A DNA stretch of 64,000 bases from Caecitellus pseudoparvulus (Eukaryota > Protista > Bigyra: Bicosoecida). Below are positions 12,801-23,758 of the stretch, in pieces (the first letter of the stretch is position 1; every line of letters starts with the position of its first letter). The translations under genes were made by a program, and so were the position numbers. The notes below the pieces were generated by a model. It did no database searches and was not told where the DNA came from. It saw nothing but the letters and a program-made list of their open reading frames with translations. The DNA is taken from positions 19,850 through 83,849 of the forward strand of contig CBFFRQ010000063.1 of assembly GCA_965644315.1 (NCBI GenBank), read 5' to 3'.

Positions 12801-14475
12801 GCGCTGCAAAGTCAGTCAGGCCGTCCCAGACTGAACTGGAGAACTGCACGACTTCCCCCTTGGGGTCAAACTCCACCCTCACAGTGCCAGATCCTTGGAG
12901 GCCTGAAAACAACCCTGGCTTAATGAATGACGACACGTCTGACAGGGTACCTCGAATCTCCAGTTCGCCGTTCCCGATGTCCAACTGTCTGAACGACCCT
13001 TCGTATAAAAGAATGGTGCTGGTTTGCTCCACAGCAACCTCACCCACCGAGCCTCGAAGTCCAGAGAAGGCGTCGGGGGCAATCTCCAGCGTGGACGTTG
13101 GATGCCGGTCGCAGTTGGCTCCAGCAAAGAACGGGGGAGATGAATCATCGTAGTCCATGCCGAGCCTTAGTCCCACATTCAGAAGCGCCCCTGCAAATGC
13201 CCCTGACTCAATGATTGTTGTGTTGGGAAGGTGGAGGCAGCTGGCTCCCCACGTCGCTTGGGAGGTGGCGCCAACGTTCAAGATAGAGTCCGTGGAGCCT
13301 CCTGGCAGTTCAGCGGCGATCTCGAGCCCAAGAAATGACTCGTCAGGAAAGGTCGTCTGGCTGAAGCAGGGCACTCTCCACGCTTGAAAGGTTGCTTTGG
13401 GGACGAAAGCGCGGGGTTCCACACTCAGACAAGCATATGGCAAGCCATCTTCGTCAGACAGCTGGCCAACAATGAAGGCCCCTTTACTCACATCCAGTCC
13501 ACCAAACCCACCTTCCTCGATGTGCCACCGGAAAAAGACACCTTGATGCTGCGATACAAATCTCAGCTGGGCCTCGATGCTGGTTCCCGAAAACGCGCCG
13601 TCGCGGACGACAACTTCATGAAACGCACCACTCGGCAGAGTGTTTGTCGCCAGCAAAACCATTTCAGCGGAGCTCGGCAAGGTCATGTTTGCAAATGCTC
13701 CAGCATCAATGACAGCAAAAGGGGCAATGACCCGGAACAGCGTCGCCGAGCTTGCAAACGCTAGCTCTGCGAAGGCATTGGCGGGCAACGTGCTGAGCAC
13801 TGATCCCCCAGACACCTCCAGCACATCAGCCACAACAGTTCCTTCAAGCAAGTAGCTAGGCAGGGGAGAAGCTGTTGCATGCAAATCCAGTGTCAAGTTG
13901 AAGAGGGACATCTTGGCCAGGGCTTGCTCTCGGAGCGTTCCTTGGAAGGGTCTTGGGAAAGAAAGCGCCGACGAGAACATAGCCCCTTCAAATGCAAGGC
14001 TCTTGACGTCAAAGGGGGCCTCTGGGAGTACGATTTCGTGGACAGTAGCATCTTTGAACGCTCCAGGGTGGATGGTGGCGAGGTTGATACAACCCTTGAA
14101 GCTCAGCACCTCCCCAACCTCCACGCCTCGGAACGAGTGCGTGTCCAAGGTCGTCAGGCCCTGCGCATCGAAGTCGATGCCCCCTTGGAATGAAACCCCC
14201 TGGAAGGCGTCTGCTGCTATTGTGGAGATCGCCGGCGAATTCGCCGCAGAGCAATCAAGCTTGTCGGCTGAGGCGCCGGGGCAGCCGGAGCAAGTAGATA
14301 GGACTCCCGATGAAATGGTGCAGCAGGAGTTGCATGGTTGAACGCCTTGGCCTAGAGCACTTGCTAGCATGCTCAGAAGAATAAAAACTTGAACTGCATA
14401 TGGGATGCTTGCCCGGGCGCGGTCCTGGGCGGTGCCGACCTGCCCTGCCTTGCTGAAACGCCGACCACTGCGCAT
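9874..14475 (-). CDS. LRR (BspA-like) + Cys-rich repeat multi-pass surface protein, paralog B
   Basis: Track ORF of 1572 aa; likely start is Met40 at 14475. Signal-like segment, many 'I.pgAF.g' LRR-like repeats, tandem CPxGTF/Y Cys-rich repeats, and at least three hydrophobic helices in the C-terminal quarter. Confidence 0.88.
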   Translation of the reverse strand: MRSGRRFSKAGQVGTAQDRARASIPYAVQVFILLSMLASALGQGVQPCNSCCTISSGVLSTCSGCPGASADKLDCSAANSPAISTIAADAFQGVSFQGGIDFDAQGLTTLDTHSFRGVEVGEVLSFKGCINLATIHPGAFKDATVHEIVLPEAPFDVKSLAFEGAMFSSALSFPRPFQGTLREQALAKMSLFNLTLDLHATASPLPSYLLEGTVVADVLEVSGGSVLSTLPANAFAELAFASSATLFRVIAPFAVIDAGAFANMTLPSSAEMVLLATNTLPSGAFHEVVVRDGAFSGTSIEAQLRFVSQHQGVFFRWHIEEGGFGGLDVSKGAFIVGQLSDEDGLPYACLSVEPRAFVPKATFQAWRVPCFSQTTFPDESFLGLEIAAELPGGSTDSILNVGATSQATWGASCLHLPNTTIIESGAFAGALLNVGLRLGMDYDDSSPPFFAGANCDRHPTSTLEIAPDAFSGLRGSVGEVAVEQTSTILLYEGSFRQLDIGNGELEIRGTLSDVSSFIKPGLFSGLQGSGTVRVEFDPKGEVVQFSSSVWDGLTDFAALQIRAEFDMAESVLNFTDLAVGSLDLAIGQLSFDPEDIHFSSWQNVSVANTINLVQFELPKLPAGVLSGVQAGGGLHIMTAKASLGQPISCFPGRAFLSSVSPSTVPFVLEQVGGAGIASDLERNQFPQVCSCPPGEMPVSGGPAPICVLCQVGSACPSGRPRGCPQGTYNDDVGLVSLSGCQGCRAGTYNPFVGTNSAGCLNCPPGTASATQNATSARDCAACAPGTFSSGPGQQQCSLCPLGTFTDAPGQAACSPCPLGTYGTRSGGTNETDACAPCPAGQTTFSAGTPSIASCVPGSTPSTVVCPAGQSPTVRGECEACPLGHVCPDGEAVACPVGTFNNALGQSDAEESCTPCPAGTFNSLPGQTSVSCVPCSPGTASRVEGATSGSACEACAAGSFAALAGASACSPCAQGTYAVRARSVSCEACPVNTYGSGPGGALVSSACLACPEGTDTAGLRGVSGLEGCVETPEEPPAQCGAGEVRDPDNSTQCLEVRCGAGLAPVGGGCVGCPAGTFGVPPSCAQCPRGGLCPGGTASVVLSPGDLRASAPALAAAAEAGAEIEAGGSSAAASENDGTEGANSSALPQATTFTVVGVTAGCALLLPILALALARCFKFLRSAVKFIDAYSLDHFVLDKNVVHKASTVLGGACTISLVAVLCGFLASSLLQYYTANTLVTTRFDPAGSAAQEAGIVTSQWRLDVAAVIDGVQSAGDCPGAQSTVDFTGGGADGVRMPWAVASSVTLQRVEAASGASALACQYAASCSECTLATTLRARLRLPYTAQSVAWAMTTTRASTPATPGQPTKSVLQGSVGASSSQRLRSGEWTLTSTREVLVDTQGGSDATGYLLAFVDQQAGFLDSSAPTSGFVPQLTPVSLQLSVQLSPSVSFITVSELQSLLGLLAALGGLAGATFGMFSFAFRFGELPVQSALSHVGVLGSEDLYVPPGEESGSSAGTVKPMKEAPLASTPPPSE
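11120..12116. repeat. Near-identical direct repeat, copy 2 (partner 134-1130)
   Basis: Direct sequence comparison. Near-identical shadow ORFs also appear in the track at both places (e.g. 788..1030 and 11774..12016 are identical). Confidence 0.95.
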
Positions 14476-15117
14476 GTTCGACGCTAAGCGCGAGAGAAGA
14501 AGAGAGGAGCACAGCCTGAGCAAGGGGAATGGGCGAAGTGTAAGCAAGCCAAATTTTGCGCGGGGAGGGCTGCTCAGTCGTGGGGTCCCCACAATAGATG
14601 GGAATGGAAAGGAGGGGCGTACTTGAGCGTTTCACGGATCGACCAGAGGGGCTCTGACGCATGCGTTCTCCACGAGACACAGACGCAGTGGCAAGGTGGT
14701 GGGACACAATTTAGACTAGTGCAAGACATACAGCACGATCTGCCCAACGCAGTGCACGTACTGCTGGCTGTGCACCGCTTGGCTTGCTCGATTTTGCTGG
14801 CCACCAGTTCCCCTCGTCCCTTCGCTCTCCAGCTGCTCTGTCTGCATGCAAGCGACAACAAGGCGGCTTAGCTGGCTGGAATAGCAATGAAATTGTGCAT
14901 CATGTAGCGCTGAAGTAGCCTGGCGTTCGGTCGAGCTCATTTGTCGGTGAAGTGCTGCTGCTCGTCCACCGGTGCTGGTGCAAGCACTGACCTGACCACC
15001 CCTCGTATCCCCAACCGCGCGCCTCGCCAATCCCAGGGGCTCACGAAACCCACCGACTCGCCCCAGCGCGGACCTTGCGCCAAAGATTGACTCGGGGATT
15101 CTCAGACACGGCAGTGC

Positions 15118-17319
15118 TCAGGATGAGCAGCTGAGGGCCTCCGCTCCGCCTGCGCTGGTCAGCTCGAAACCCGGCAGCTTGTACAGATCACCATCCAAGG
15201 CGGGCAAGACTGCCATCGCGTCGTCTTCATCAGCCGCCAGCCAGCCAGTGGCGCCTGACCACGTGCTGGGGTGTTCCACAGGCTTGTCACACCACCTCGC
15301 ATGCTGCTGCTGGTCACGTGGCTGTGAGAAGGATCCCTCCGGTGAGGGAGGCACCACGCGCACACCCTGCGTGCCTGGCAAAGCGGCAAGCAAGGCCGTC
15401 AACTCCGTTGCATGTCTGCTTGCCTCCAGCTCCGCGATGCAGGCTTGCAGTTGGTAGTTTCGGGGAACCCTGGGAGGGCTCCAGCGACTTCCAGTCCTTT
15501 CCTCCACTGGTGACAGCCAGGGACATAGCCTTGCCACAAATGGCTGTCCATCTGAAGCCCTGCCAGTGCCTGGGCGCGACGTGTCGTGGAGACTCTTGTC
15601 CTGGCGCTTGTGCAGCCGCTGTAGCACCTGCAGCCAGCCATCTTCGGAGAGTGGGTGAGACTGGCGACTCGCAAGCGCTTGAAGTGTCTCCTGGGCAGGG
15701 ACCTGTTGTCCCAGCACCTCCCAAGTGTTGGTCCAATCGCATTCATCTCGGTGCATGAGCAGGAAGACATCTTGCAACAGGCCTGCATCACCGGGCTCGT
15801 GGGTGGGCGGTCTGCCCCACGGCGCTTCCAGCCAGGCCTTGGGATCTGGCAGCGGGCCCTGCCACGCCCCCACCGCCATCTTGCTGCCAAAGACAATGGC
15901 GGCAGCCTCACGGAAATGAGGCAAGGGGTCCACGGCGTCCAGCAGACTTTGAGCGAGCTCCCTCTGACTGTCAGTGAGCCCGGTCCCTCCCCCCGAGACA
16001 CCCCTCCCGCTTTCATCCACAACGTGAAACAGACACCCTGCAAGGCGAGCCAAGTTCCACGCGAGAGCAAGGGGCTGGTTCATGAAGCAGTACCTGGAGC
16101 CGGGGTCTGAGGTGTTGGGGGTGTACATCGGGTCGAACCTGCGGAAAGCGGCAGAGGAGCGGTGTGGGGCAGGAACCAATCTGGTCGAACACATGCACAG
16201 CGCGCACCTTTCCATGAAGCCATAAGGCCCGTAATCCAGTGTTATTCCAGCCAAACTCGTGTTGTCGGTGTTCAGGACGCCGTGGACAAAGCCGATCCCG
16301 TGCCAGGCAGCGGCCAGCGCCCCAGTCTGCGCGCCCAACACCTGCAGCCAAGCTTTCAAGAACTCCAGTCGGTGCTGCGCAGTAGTGGTGTCACTGGCAT
16401 CTATTGAATGCCCAGCCAGTGCCCCTCCCTTGCTGGACCGTGCATAGAGCGCATACGCCTCTGCCAAGGGTGCCAGGGCATCGACTTCGGGCGCCTGCTC
16501 CACATCAGCCTCGCTCTGGGTGGCGATGCCCAGTGTGTGACGCGTGGAGAACTCCACATACTGCATGGCCAGGTCAAAGGCGCCATTCACCACCGCCCAC
16601 TCCACACTCCCCACGCGCAGCAGGCCAGCCCCGGGGGCGGAGCGGCACAGTATCGCGCCGGGCTCCAGGCGAAGGTGGCCGCTGTAGTGCACGTCACGCA
16701 GGACGCCTTGCCCCGTGGTGGCCAAGGTTAAGCCTCGATTCGTGGGGATGCCTTGCCCGTGCATGAACTCACTGGCAACGAACTCACGCAGCGAACTGCG
16801 GAGCACGGCACGCCCGTCAGCTGACCGGCTGAAGGGCGTCGGTCCCGCGCCCTTGAGCTGCAGCTCCACCGTGCCACGGCCCACCTGCACTTCTCCGATG
16901 CCCATGGCTCGGCCGTCGCCCAGCTGCCGCGCCCAGTGGCCGAATTGGTGCCCCCCATACACGTGGGCGTAGCCGTGCGGGACGTGCCCGGTGCCAGGCA
17001 GGCAATCAGCCTGTGCTGCTCCACACAGCACAGAGCGCACAGAGGGCAGCAGATGCCCCGCTGCGTCACAAAGCTGCAATTCATGCGCGAGGTCTTCAGA
17101 CCAAGCTAGCAACTCAGGGGCGGGGGACAGCTGAGCCTGTGTCAGCGTGCCAGCGCTCCCGATGACGTGGCGCCGAGACGAGTCGGAAGCATCCCCAGCC
17201 TGCCAAGGGAGTTGCTGCAAGAAGGTATTGTTCCATGTAGGTGCGGTGTGACACCACCGCGCGAGCAGGCGCGACACCTGGAAGGAGTTCTGGGGGGCGA
17301 CAGTTCGCTGGAGTGCCAT
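15118..17319 (-). CDS. SELENOO: Protein adenylyltransferase SelO/YdiU (Cys-containing selenoprotein O homolog)
   Basis: YGGHQFG..QLGDGRA, ELQLKGAGPTPFSRSADGRAVLRSSLREF, GFVHGVLNTDN and LDYGPYGF motifs, with C-terminal SCSS. In-frame 69-nt intron predicted at 16139-16207. The Arg-rich, acid-free N-terminus resembles a mitochondrial presequence. Confidence 0.95.
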   Translation of the reverse strand: MALQRTVAPQNSFQVSRLLARWCHTAPTWNNTFLQQLPWQAGDASDSSRRHVIGSAGTLTQAQLSPAPELLAWSEDLAHELQLCDAAGHLLPSVRSVLCGAAQADCLPGTGHVPHGYAHVYGGHQFGHWARQLGDGRAMGIGEVQVGRGTVELQLKGAGPTPFSRSADGRAVLRSSLREFVASEFMHGQGIPTNRGLTLATTGQGVLRDVHYSGHLRLEPGAILCRSAPGAGLLRVGSVEWAVVNGAFDLAMQYVEFSTRHTLGIATQSEADVEQAPEVDALAPLAEAYALYARSSKGGALAGHSIDASDTTTAQHRLEFLKAWLQVLGAQTGALAAAWHGIGFVHGVLNTDNTSLAGITLDYGPYGFMERCALCMCSTRLVPAPHRSSAAFRRFDPMYTPNTSDPGSRYCFMNQPLALAWNLARLAGCLFHVVDESGRGVSGGGTGLTDSQRELAQSLLDAVDPLPHFREAAAIVFGSKMAVGAWQGPLPDPKAWLEAPWGRPPTHEPGDAGLLQDVFLLMHRDECDWTNTWEVLGQQVPAQETLQALASRQSHPLSEDGWLQVLQRLHKRQDKSLHDTSRPGTGRASDGQPFVARLCPWLSPVEERTGSRWSPPRVPRNYQLQACIAELEASRHATELTALLAALPGTQGVRVVPPSPEGSFSQPRDQQQHARWCDKPVEHPSTWSGATGWLAADEDDAMAVLPALDGDLYKLPGFELTSAGGAEALSCSS

Positions 17320-17538
17320 TGCAACGCAAGCGAAACGGTAGCGACGACGCCCTGTGAGCCGCCACTACTTTGCGGGGCCGCCCGTGCAGCAAGTAGTGTT
17401 GCTATCGGAAGGAACGCGGACGATTGAATTTGACCTTGTGTGATCAGTCGAGGACGCTCCCCCCTCGCTGCGACACTGCCCACTGCAACCGTGACAGCGC
17501 TCGGCGCGATGATGTGCGCTTGACTGGCTCGGCCCGGC

Positions 17539-20500
17539 TCACCTGCGCCCTGCCAACGGGCGCAAACCGGAGCCGCCACGCACCATGACGCCCAACCTCT
17601 CGCCTCCAGACTGCACTTTGCCTGCTGCCGGCTGAATGTTGACGTAGGGCGTGCCTGGGCCAGACGGCGCCACTCCCGGCGGAGTTGGCCCTGACCAGCC
17701 TGCGACCGACTCCAGCCGCAGCTCCCGGTGCGAGATGGGGCGCTCATCAGAATCACTGTCGTGGGGCATGACAGGTGGTCGCTCAGCGATGTCGTACATG
17801 TGTACTTCGTCGTGCTCTCGCTGGCGTGCCTCGGCCAGCCGCGTTCGGCGGCGTGCACTCGCCTGCGCCTTGCCAAAAGCACTCTGCAGGGTGCCGAAAT
17901 CGCGCCGCGCCTGCGTGCTGGTCGCTGGGCCCGCGGACGAGGAAGAAAAGGCGGATTCTTTGTCTGCCCCTCGTCGCCTGCTGTTGCCAGAGACGCTGGG
18001 CAGGCTGCCAGCGGACGCCTGCAGGAAAGCGATGCTGTCACCGCCAGCGCCGGTGTCGTCCACAGCTCGAACCTGCAGCTGCGGCCCTGCGCCCCCCGCC
18101 AGCCGCCGCCCGCCCCCTGAAAAACTCCCAGTGCGCGTCAGAGGTCCTGGTTGAGACGGGGGCACCGCCAGTGTGGCCCGCCCGCCATCACCGACGAGCT
18201 CCATCCCGTCACCATCGCGACGCGACCTGCTCGACGGCGAGAAGATGGCATGTGTGCGGGACGCCAGGGACTCGGCAGAAGCCATCAGCTGGGCCGCTGC
18301 CTCCTGATCCCAGCCGTGCTTGGCTTCCTCCTGCCCCTCGTGGCGCTGCCTGCGCACTCCTCGCGCAGGTTCCTGCTGGCGATACTCTGGCAACGTCGCC
18401 TGGCTGCCCATGAACTCGCCGACAGAGGCGCCTTCCCCTTCGCTGGCAGACTCCCCCGTGTAGTCTGCTGGCTTCAACTGCATGCTGCGGCCGGGGGAAG
18501 GGGCATACGTGCGCGGCGATGCCGGTGGTGGCGATGCGGAAGGACTGCCGTGCCCAGGCAAGGGACCCCAAGCCTCTGCCTCGGCCAGGACGCGCATCGC
18601 GTACTCAGGTGTAATACCACACTCCTTTTGTGCCTTGAGGATACATGCTTGGGCCTCTTCCAGCGCAGCGTCTGCGTTCTGGCGCGCCTGCAGCCCCTCC
18701 TCCAGCAAACCCCGGGCGTTCTGCGCGAAGTATTCGTCCAAAGCCGCGCGCTGCCCCACAGGGTCGTATCCTAACGCAAGCACTTCATGCACAAACAGCG
18801 CTGTCTGAGGGTCTGGTCCTTTCGAGATGAAACCGGGCCTGGAAGCAGACATCGCCTTGGGCCGTTGCGGCGCGGCGGGCAGCCCAGCCGACAAACGCGC
18901 AGCGCCTCCAGTGTCACTGGGCGGCGCAGGGCGGGATGCCCCGTCACCACCCCACGCCTGAGCTGCAGGTGGACCCAAAAAGGGCTGCTGCTGATCACCG
19001 GTGTGCCTGCTTCGCGGTGCGGCTGTCGCGGCACGCTGCTGGTGCTGACGCGCAGCCACAGCCACACCTGAGTGCATGTCCAGTGCGCCGATGCCAGGTG
19101 GCACACCAGACAAAATGGACGACACACTGTAGTTGCCCAGCAGACCGCGGCTTTCTGAGGCAGCGCTGGCCATGGAGCCAGGTGGCGCTGTGTGCCCCCT
19201 GCGCAGGGCGGTGTCTGGCTGGCGAGGCTGGTGTTCCTCGTCTGCCTCCCCCCACTCGGACCGCAGTGCGCCGACGTCCACCACGACTCCCGCTGCCATG
19301 CGCAACATGCCATCCCCGTCCTCCACCTGCTCACTGGTCCCCTGCGCAGACGCATCTGCAGCATCGCCGGTGCGCAGAGGCAGGGCTGCCTGCCCCGCCT
19401 TGGCCTTCGCGAACTTAAACGCCGGTGCATGCCGCTCCTTGATGGCAGGTGGGCCCATGTATGGCTGAAAACTGTCCACGCTGTCAGCCTCGCCGAGTCC
19501 ATCGTCCCCCTCCCCGCCGGTGTCCCCAGCCTCACTGCCGCCGCCGTCCTGAGACGCAGGGTCGGCAGCTGCGACACGGCGCATGCGGGGCTGGGGCTTG
19601 AGCTTGCCTGAGGCGGTCACCGTGACGCGGTGCAAGCGCGCTGCGCCTTCAAAGTCTCGCTGCAGTGTGGTGGCCATACGGGCCTCCATGGGGGGGGGCG
19701 CCTCCTCTTGCTCCGGGTGGCTCGTGGACAGGCGCGTGGCCAGGTTGGCGGCCCGCTGGAAGTGCCGCACGCACTGGATGGGGTGGCCACAGTGCTCCAA
19801 CTGCACCGCCAGCGCGTGGTACGCCATGCACAGCGTGATGTGCCGCCCCGTCACCGTGCGCTTGGCGCCTTCCAGTGCCGTCTCCACCTGGCTGCGCTTG
19901 GGTTGCCAGCCAGGCGCCACGGCGGCCGCCTCTCCCCCCACGCCCGTCCCCCACAACCCCAGTGCCACCTGCAGCTCATCGTCGCCCACCTCCGCCTCCT
20001 CGCCACTCTTCTCTCGGTCCATGGACAGGAGCTGCGCCTGCAGGCTGGCCACCAGGCCCCGCGCACCACGCAGTTCTCGCCGGCACTCCATCACGGCGCT
20101 CTGAGCGGCCATGAGGGCAGGGCCGTGGCGCCCCGCAGTGGACTGGATGGCCGCCAGGTTCAGCTGCGTCTGTGTGAGGGGGGCCATGGACGGCGGCGCG
20201 GGGGGCACGGGCGGTGGCGGGGGGATGAACGGCAGGGAAGGCGGGACGGGGCGGGGCCCCAGCCCCTCCACCGGGTTCACCGCCTGTGCCTCCCGGAGGG
20301 CCTTGGACAGGTCGGTCGCGTCTGTGCTGTACTGGGTGTCAGCTGACACGTCTGACACGGACCGCATGTCGGGGGGGTCGGGCGCCGTGAACAGCGGCAG
20401 GGCCGGGCTGGGCGGCAGAGGGTACAGCTCGGCCCCCGTGTGGTCATCAGCAGCCAGGGCCCGCACCTCAGACCCCACAGACTCCACACTGGAGTCGTCC

Positions 20501-23500
20501 CCCTCCCCGTCGCTCTCCTCCACCGCCAGCGCCGCCTCTGCAGCCGCCTTGGCCCGCACCCAGTCCTGCACACGGGTGATGTACCCCAACAGGGCTTCCT
20601 TCCGTGGGCGCCAGCCGTACCCCAGCTGCAGCTTGCCGATGCGAGGGGGCCGCAGGGGGCCGCTGGCCCCGCCACTCTGCTCGGCGTGCAGCGTCTCGCC
20701 GTCACTCTCTGCGCCGGAGGCATGGTCGGCCTCTCCACCTGCTCGTGCGCGTGCGGCTGTCGCCTCCCAGTCCGGCGGCAGGGCCAACCCTGCCGCCCGG
20801 ATGTTGAACCACTTCGCCTCCTCCACAGCGTGCAACTTGTCCAGCTTGCTGCGCTTGCCAGCCTCCACGAAGGACGTGCCCTGCATGATGCAGCCCAGCA
20901 TCAAGGAGCGCAACTTCACACGCACCAGGCCCACAGCATCGTCTCCCCCTGCACCCGTGCCCGTGGACACGGAGGACGCCGGGCGTGCCCCTGCAGAGCC
21001 CTCTGTCAATGCGCTGGCGGGTCGACCAGCTGCGCCCGGCGCCACACTCGACCCCGCTGTGCCTGCACGAGCCTCACTGTCGTACAGGCGCAGCTCCAGC
21101 ACGGCTTCGTCGATGAACCCGGTGGGGATGTCGATCTCCAGCACTTCGTTCCAGATGGGCTTGTTCGAATTCCGCACGATCTTCGTGCGCGCCACACAGT
21201 CCCCCACCCGAGCAACCAAGTACGTGTGCTGCAAGTCGTGGTCCACTGTGCCAGGCGGATACGCAAGCTTCCGAGCCTGGTGCACCAGTACCTTGAGCAT
21301 GCCGGCAGAAGGAGCAGGTGGTGGCGCTGCCGTCAGGGTTTTGATCATGTACGCGTCAAGCCCCCCCGGGCCCAGCTTTGTCAGCGGCACGCCAGACAGG
21401 TACTCGTACCCGGGCACAGGCTGCCCATCTGGGCCACGTCCGCCGGCTGCCTCCACTGCCGCACGAAACAGGACCCCCCCCAGCACTTCTGGGTCTGGCT
21501 TCCAGCCGTACCCACACTCCAGTTGCGCGGCAGCGAAGGTAGCCCCCTTGCCGACGGTCGGGTCGCGCGACGTGCGCACTGCAGTGCCTGATGCCAGGCG
21601 GGCTTCGGAGGAGCTGGTGTCCATCAACGCTGCTAGCTCTGCGTCGTCCTCATCCTGCTTGTACTGGCGGGCCAGGCTGAGCCACGCAAGGGCTGTTGTG
21701 GCGTTCACAGCGTGGCCCACACCCACTGTCTGGTCATAGGGTTGCACCTTGGCCACGTCAATTGCCTTGTCCACTGCCCGCGACACGATGGAACGAAGGG
21801 ACACAGACGCCTTGCCCAGCACCAAGTCCTTCTCGGGGGGAGGGGGTGTGGAGGGCGCCACAACGGCCCGTGTGTCTGCCGAGTCAGCCAGGCTACTGCC
21901 GCCTTGCCCCGCCACCGGCTCAAACTCCGTGCGGCACAACAGGGTGACGTGCAGGTGCTGGGCGGCGTTCAGGCCAGAGTGCAGCTTCAGCTCCACCACC
22001 TGCTTCCACTTGGCGCCGTACACGCTCATGTCCAGCTCCTCAGCCCAGCGACCCCGCAGTGCCTCCCGACTGTACGCACCCGGCATGGGCCGCAGATGGG
22101 GGTCTGGCTTGGCACGCCTGGCAGTGGTGACTGTCACGACGTCGCCCACACGAGCTTGCACGTACAGGTAGGGCACGCGCCTGAAGCCAGGCACATGGGC
22201 GGGGCGGGTGATGGGCGGCTGCACCCGCCGACACGCCTTCACAAGCACTTTCACCGTGCCAGAGAGGGGCAGGCTGCCGGCCACCAGGCGCAGCAGCCCC
22301 GCCGAGTCGCCCTCTTTGACCCTGGGCAGGGTGGGGTCGCGTTTCCACAGACACCGTGCCGCCTCCACCACCTGGCCGTCTGCCAGTGGGTTCACCAGCG
22401 CAAACTTCGCCGACCTGTCCCCCTCGGCTGCTCGGCGCAGGGGACTGCGAGCCAGCTCCTCCAGCCGGGCCTGGCGCGCAGCTTCGCGGCGCTGGGCCTT
22501 GCGTTCCAGGTGCGCCTCCCGCTCCTGCACTGCCTGGCGTGCCTGTGCCTTGCGGGCATCCCACATTTCCGCCTCCGCCTCCGCCGCCCCTACGGCGTGG
22601 GCGTGCTTGGCGAGCAGCTCCTGCCGCCGTGCAGCCACAGCCTCGCGCTCCTGGCGCCACTGTACAACTGCCTGGCCGTGCCGCAGGGCGCTGCTGGCCA
22701 GGTCCTCCAGTTGCATCAGACGCCGCTCGCGCCGCTGGGCCGAGCGCTGGGCGCGCGAGCGCTGCTCAGCGAGAATGCGCTGCACGGTGCTTCGCACGGC
22801 AGCCTCGCGGGAAGCGACGGCGTCGTCCCACGCAGCTTGTTCGCCGGCGATGGAGGCCATGGCCGCGTCGTACGTCGCCCGGTCTGTGCGCGTGGAGCGC
22901 TCCCACTCGTTGTAAGCCGCCATGGCGGTGGCGTGCTGGGCGCCCCACTGGGCCACCTCCTCATTGTACATGCCGGCAGCGGCTCGCACCATGCGCAAGA
23001 CAGCCACGGCCTTGCGTCCATTGCCCACGCGGGACTGGATGGCGGCGTAGTTGTTCAGGGTCAGCACACGCAGTGGGGCTGTGAAGGACTCCGGTAGGGG
23101 GCTGTGAGGGCCGGGGACCGGGTGCCGACTGGGGTAGGCGGCGGGGTCCCGGGAGACGAGGGGGGTGGCTGGCTCCTGCAGGCCGCCTGGCACGCCTCCC
23201 AGCCCGCCTGCCACCAGCTCCGCCTCGAACACGTCGGCAATGGGCTCGCCCTCCAGCCAGTGCAGGGCTCGCCCGAGCAGCTGAGAGGGCTCTCGAGCCA
23301 CCTGTTTGCCGCCCTTGAAAGGCCAGGTCATGGCGGCATTGTTGCAGCACTCCACGACGGCTTGGATGGCTCGACGCGTGTCGGGGTGCTGTGAGGGCGG
23401 GGCCAGGTGAGGGGGAGGTGCGGCCAGAGGCAGCCGTTTCGCGTGTCGCGGCGACGCACCTGACTTCCCAGCAGCACTGCGCGAATGAGGGCCACTTCCT

Positions 23501-23758
23501 CGCGCGTTTTCACGGCCTGTGCAGAGGTGCAGGGCATGGTGCATGATGTCGTCCGCGCAGCGGCCATTCCCTCGCTCCCCCCCTCACCTTCACCGCTGCC
23601 TTGCCGGCTGCAGCGCCGGCAGAGTTGGCCATGAGCTCTGCACGCAGCTCGGCATGCCGCTGCCGAAGGGAGCCTACGCTCTCCCGCAGCACCTCGTCAT
23701 CGTCTGCAAGTGTGTCCAACGCGCCGCCTTGCTCACTTTGCCTGCTCTGCGTCGCCAT
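17539..23758 (-). CDS. Large coiled-coil protein with two C2 domains
   Basis: Track ORF of 2001 aa. C2-like segments VKVLVKACRR...LGKASVSLRSI and LKVLVHQARKL...RTKIVRNSNKPIWNEVL...LRLYD, plus an Ala/Glu/Arg coiled coil. Two upstream exons predicted (ATG 23758; introns 23517-23587 and 23389-23459). A further intron near 17483-17542 may extend the 3' end. Confidence 0.75.

Noticed and set aside
14880-15120. Selenocysteine read-through of the SelO TGA
   Set aside because: The TGA follows the complete CSS terminus, Cys already occupies the Sec-equivalent position, and no convincing SECIS was seen by eye.
20111-23097. Long antisense ORFs (542, 383 and 461 aa), and similar ones elsewhere such as 34386-35699 and 60289-61302
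   Set aside because: These are shadow ORFs opposite real GC-rich genes, with no recognisable motifs.
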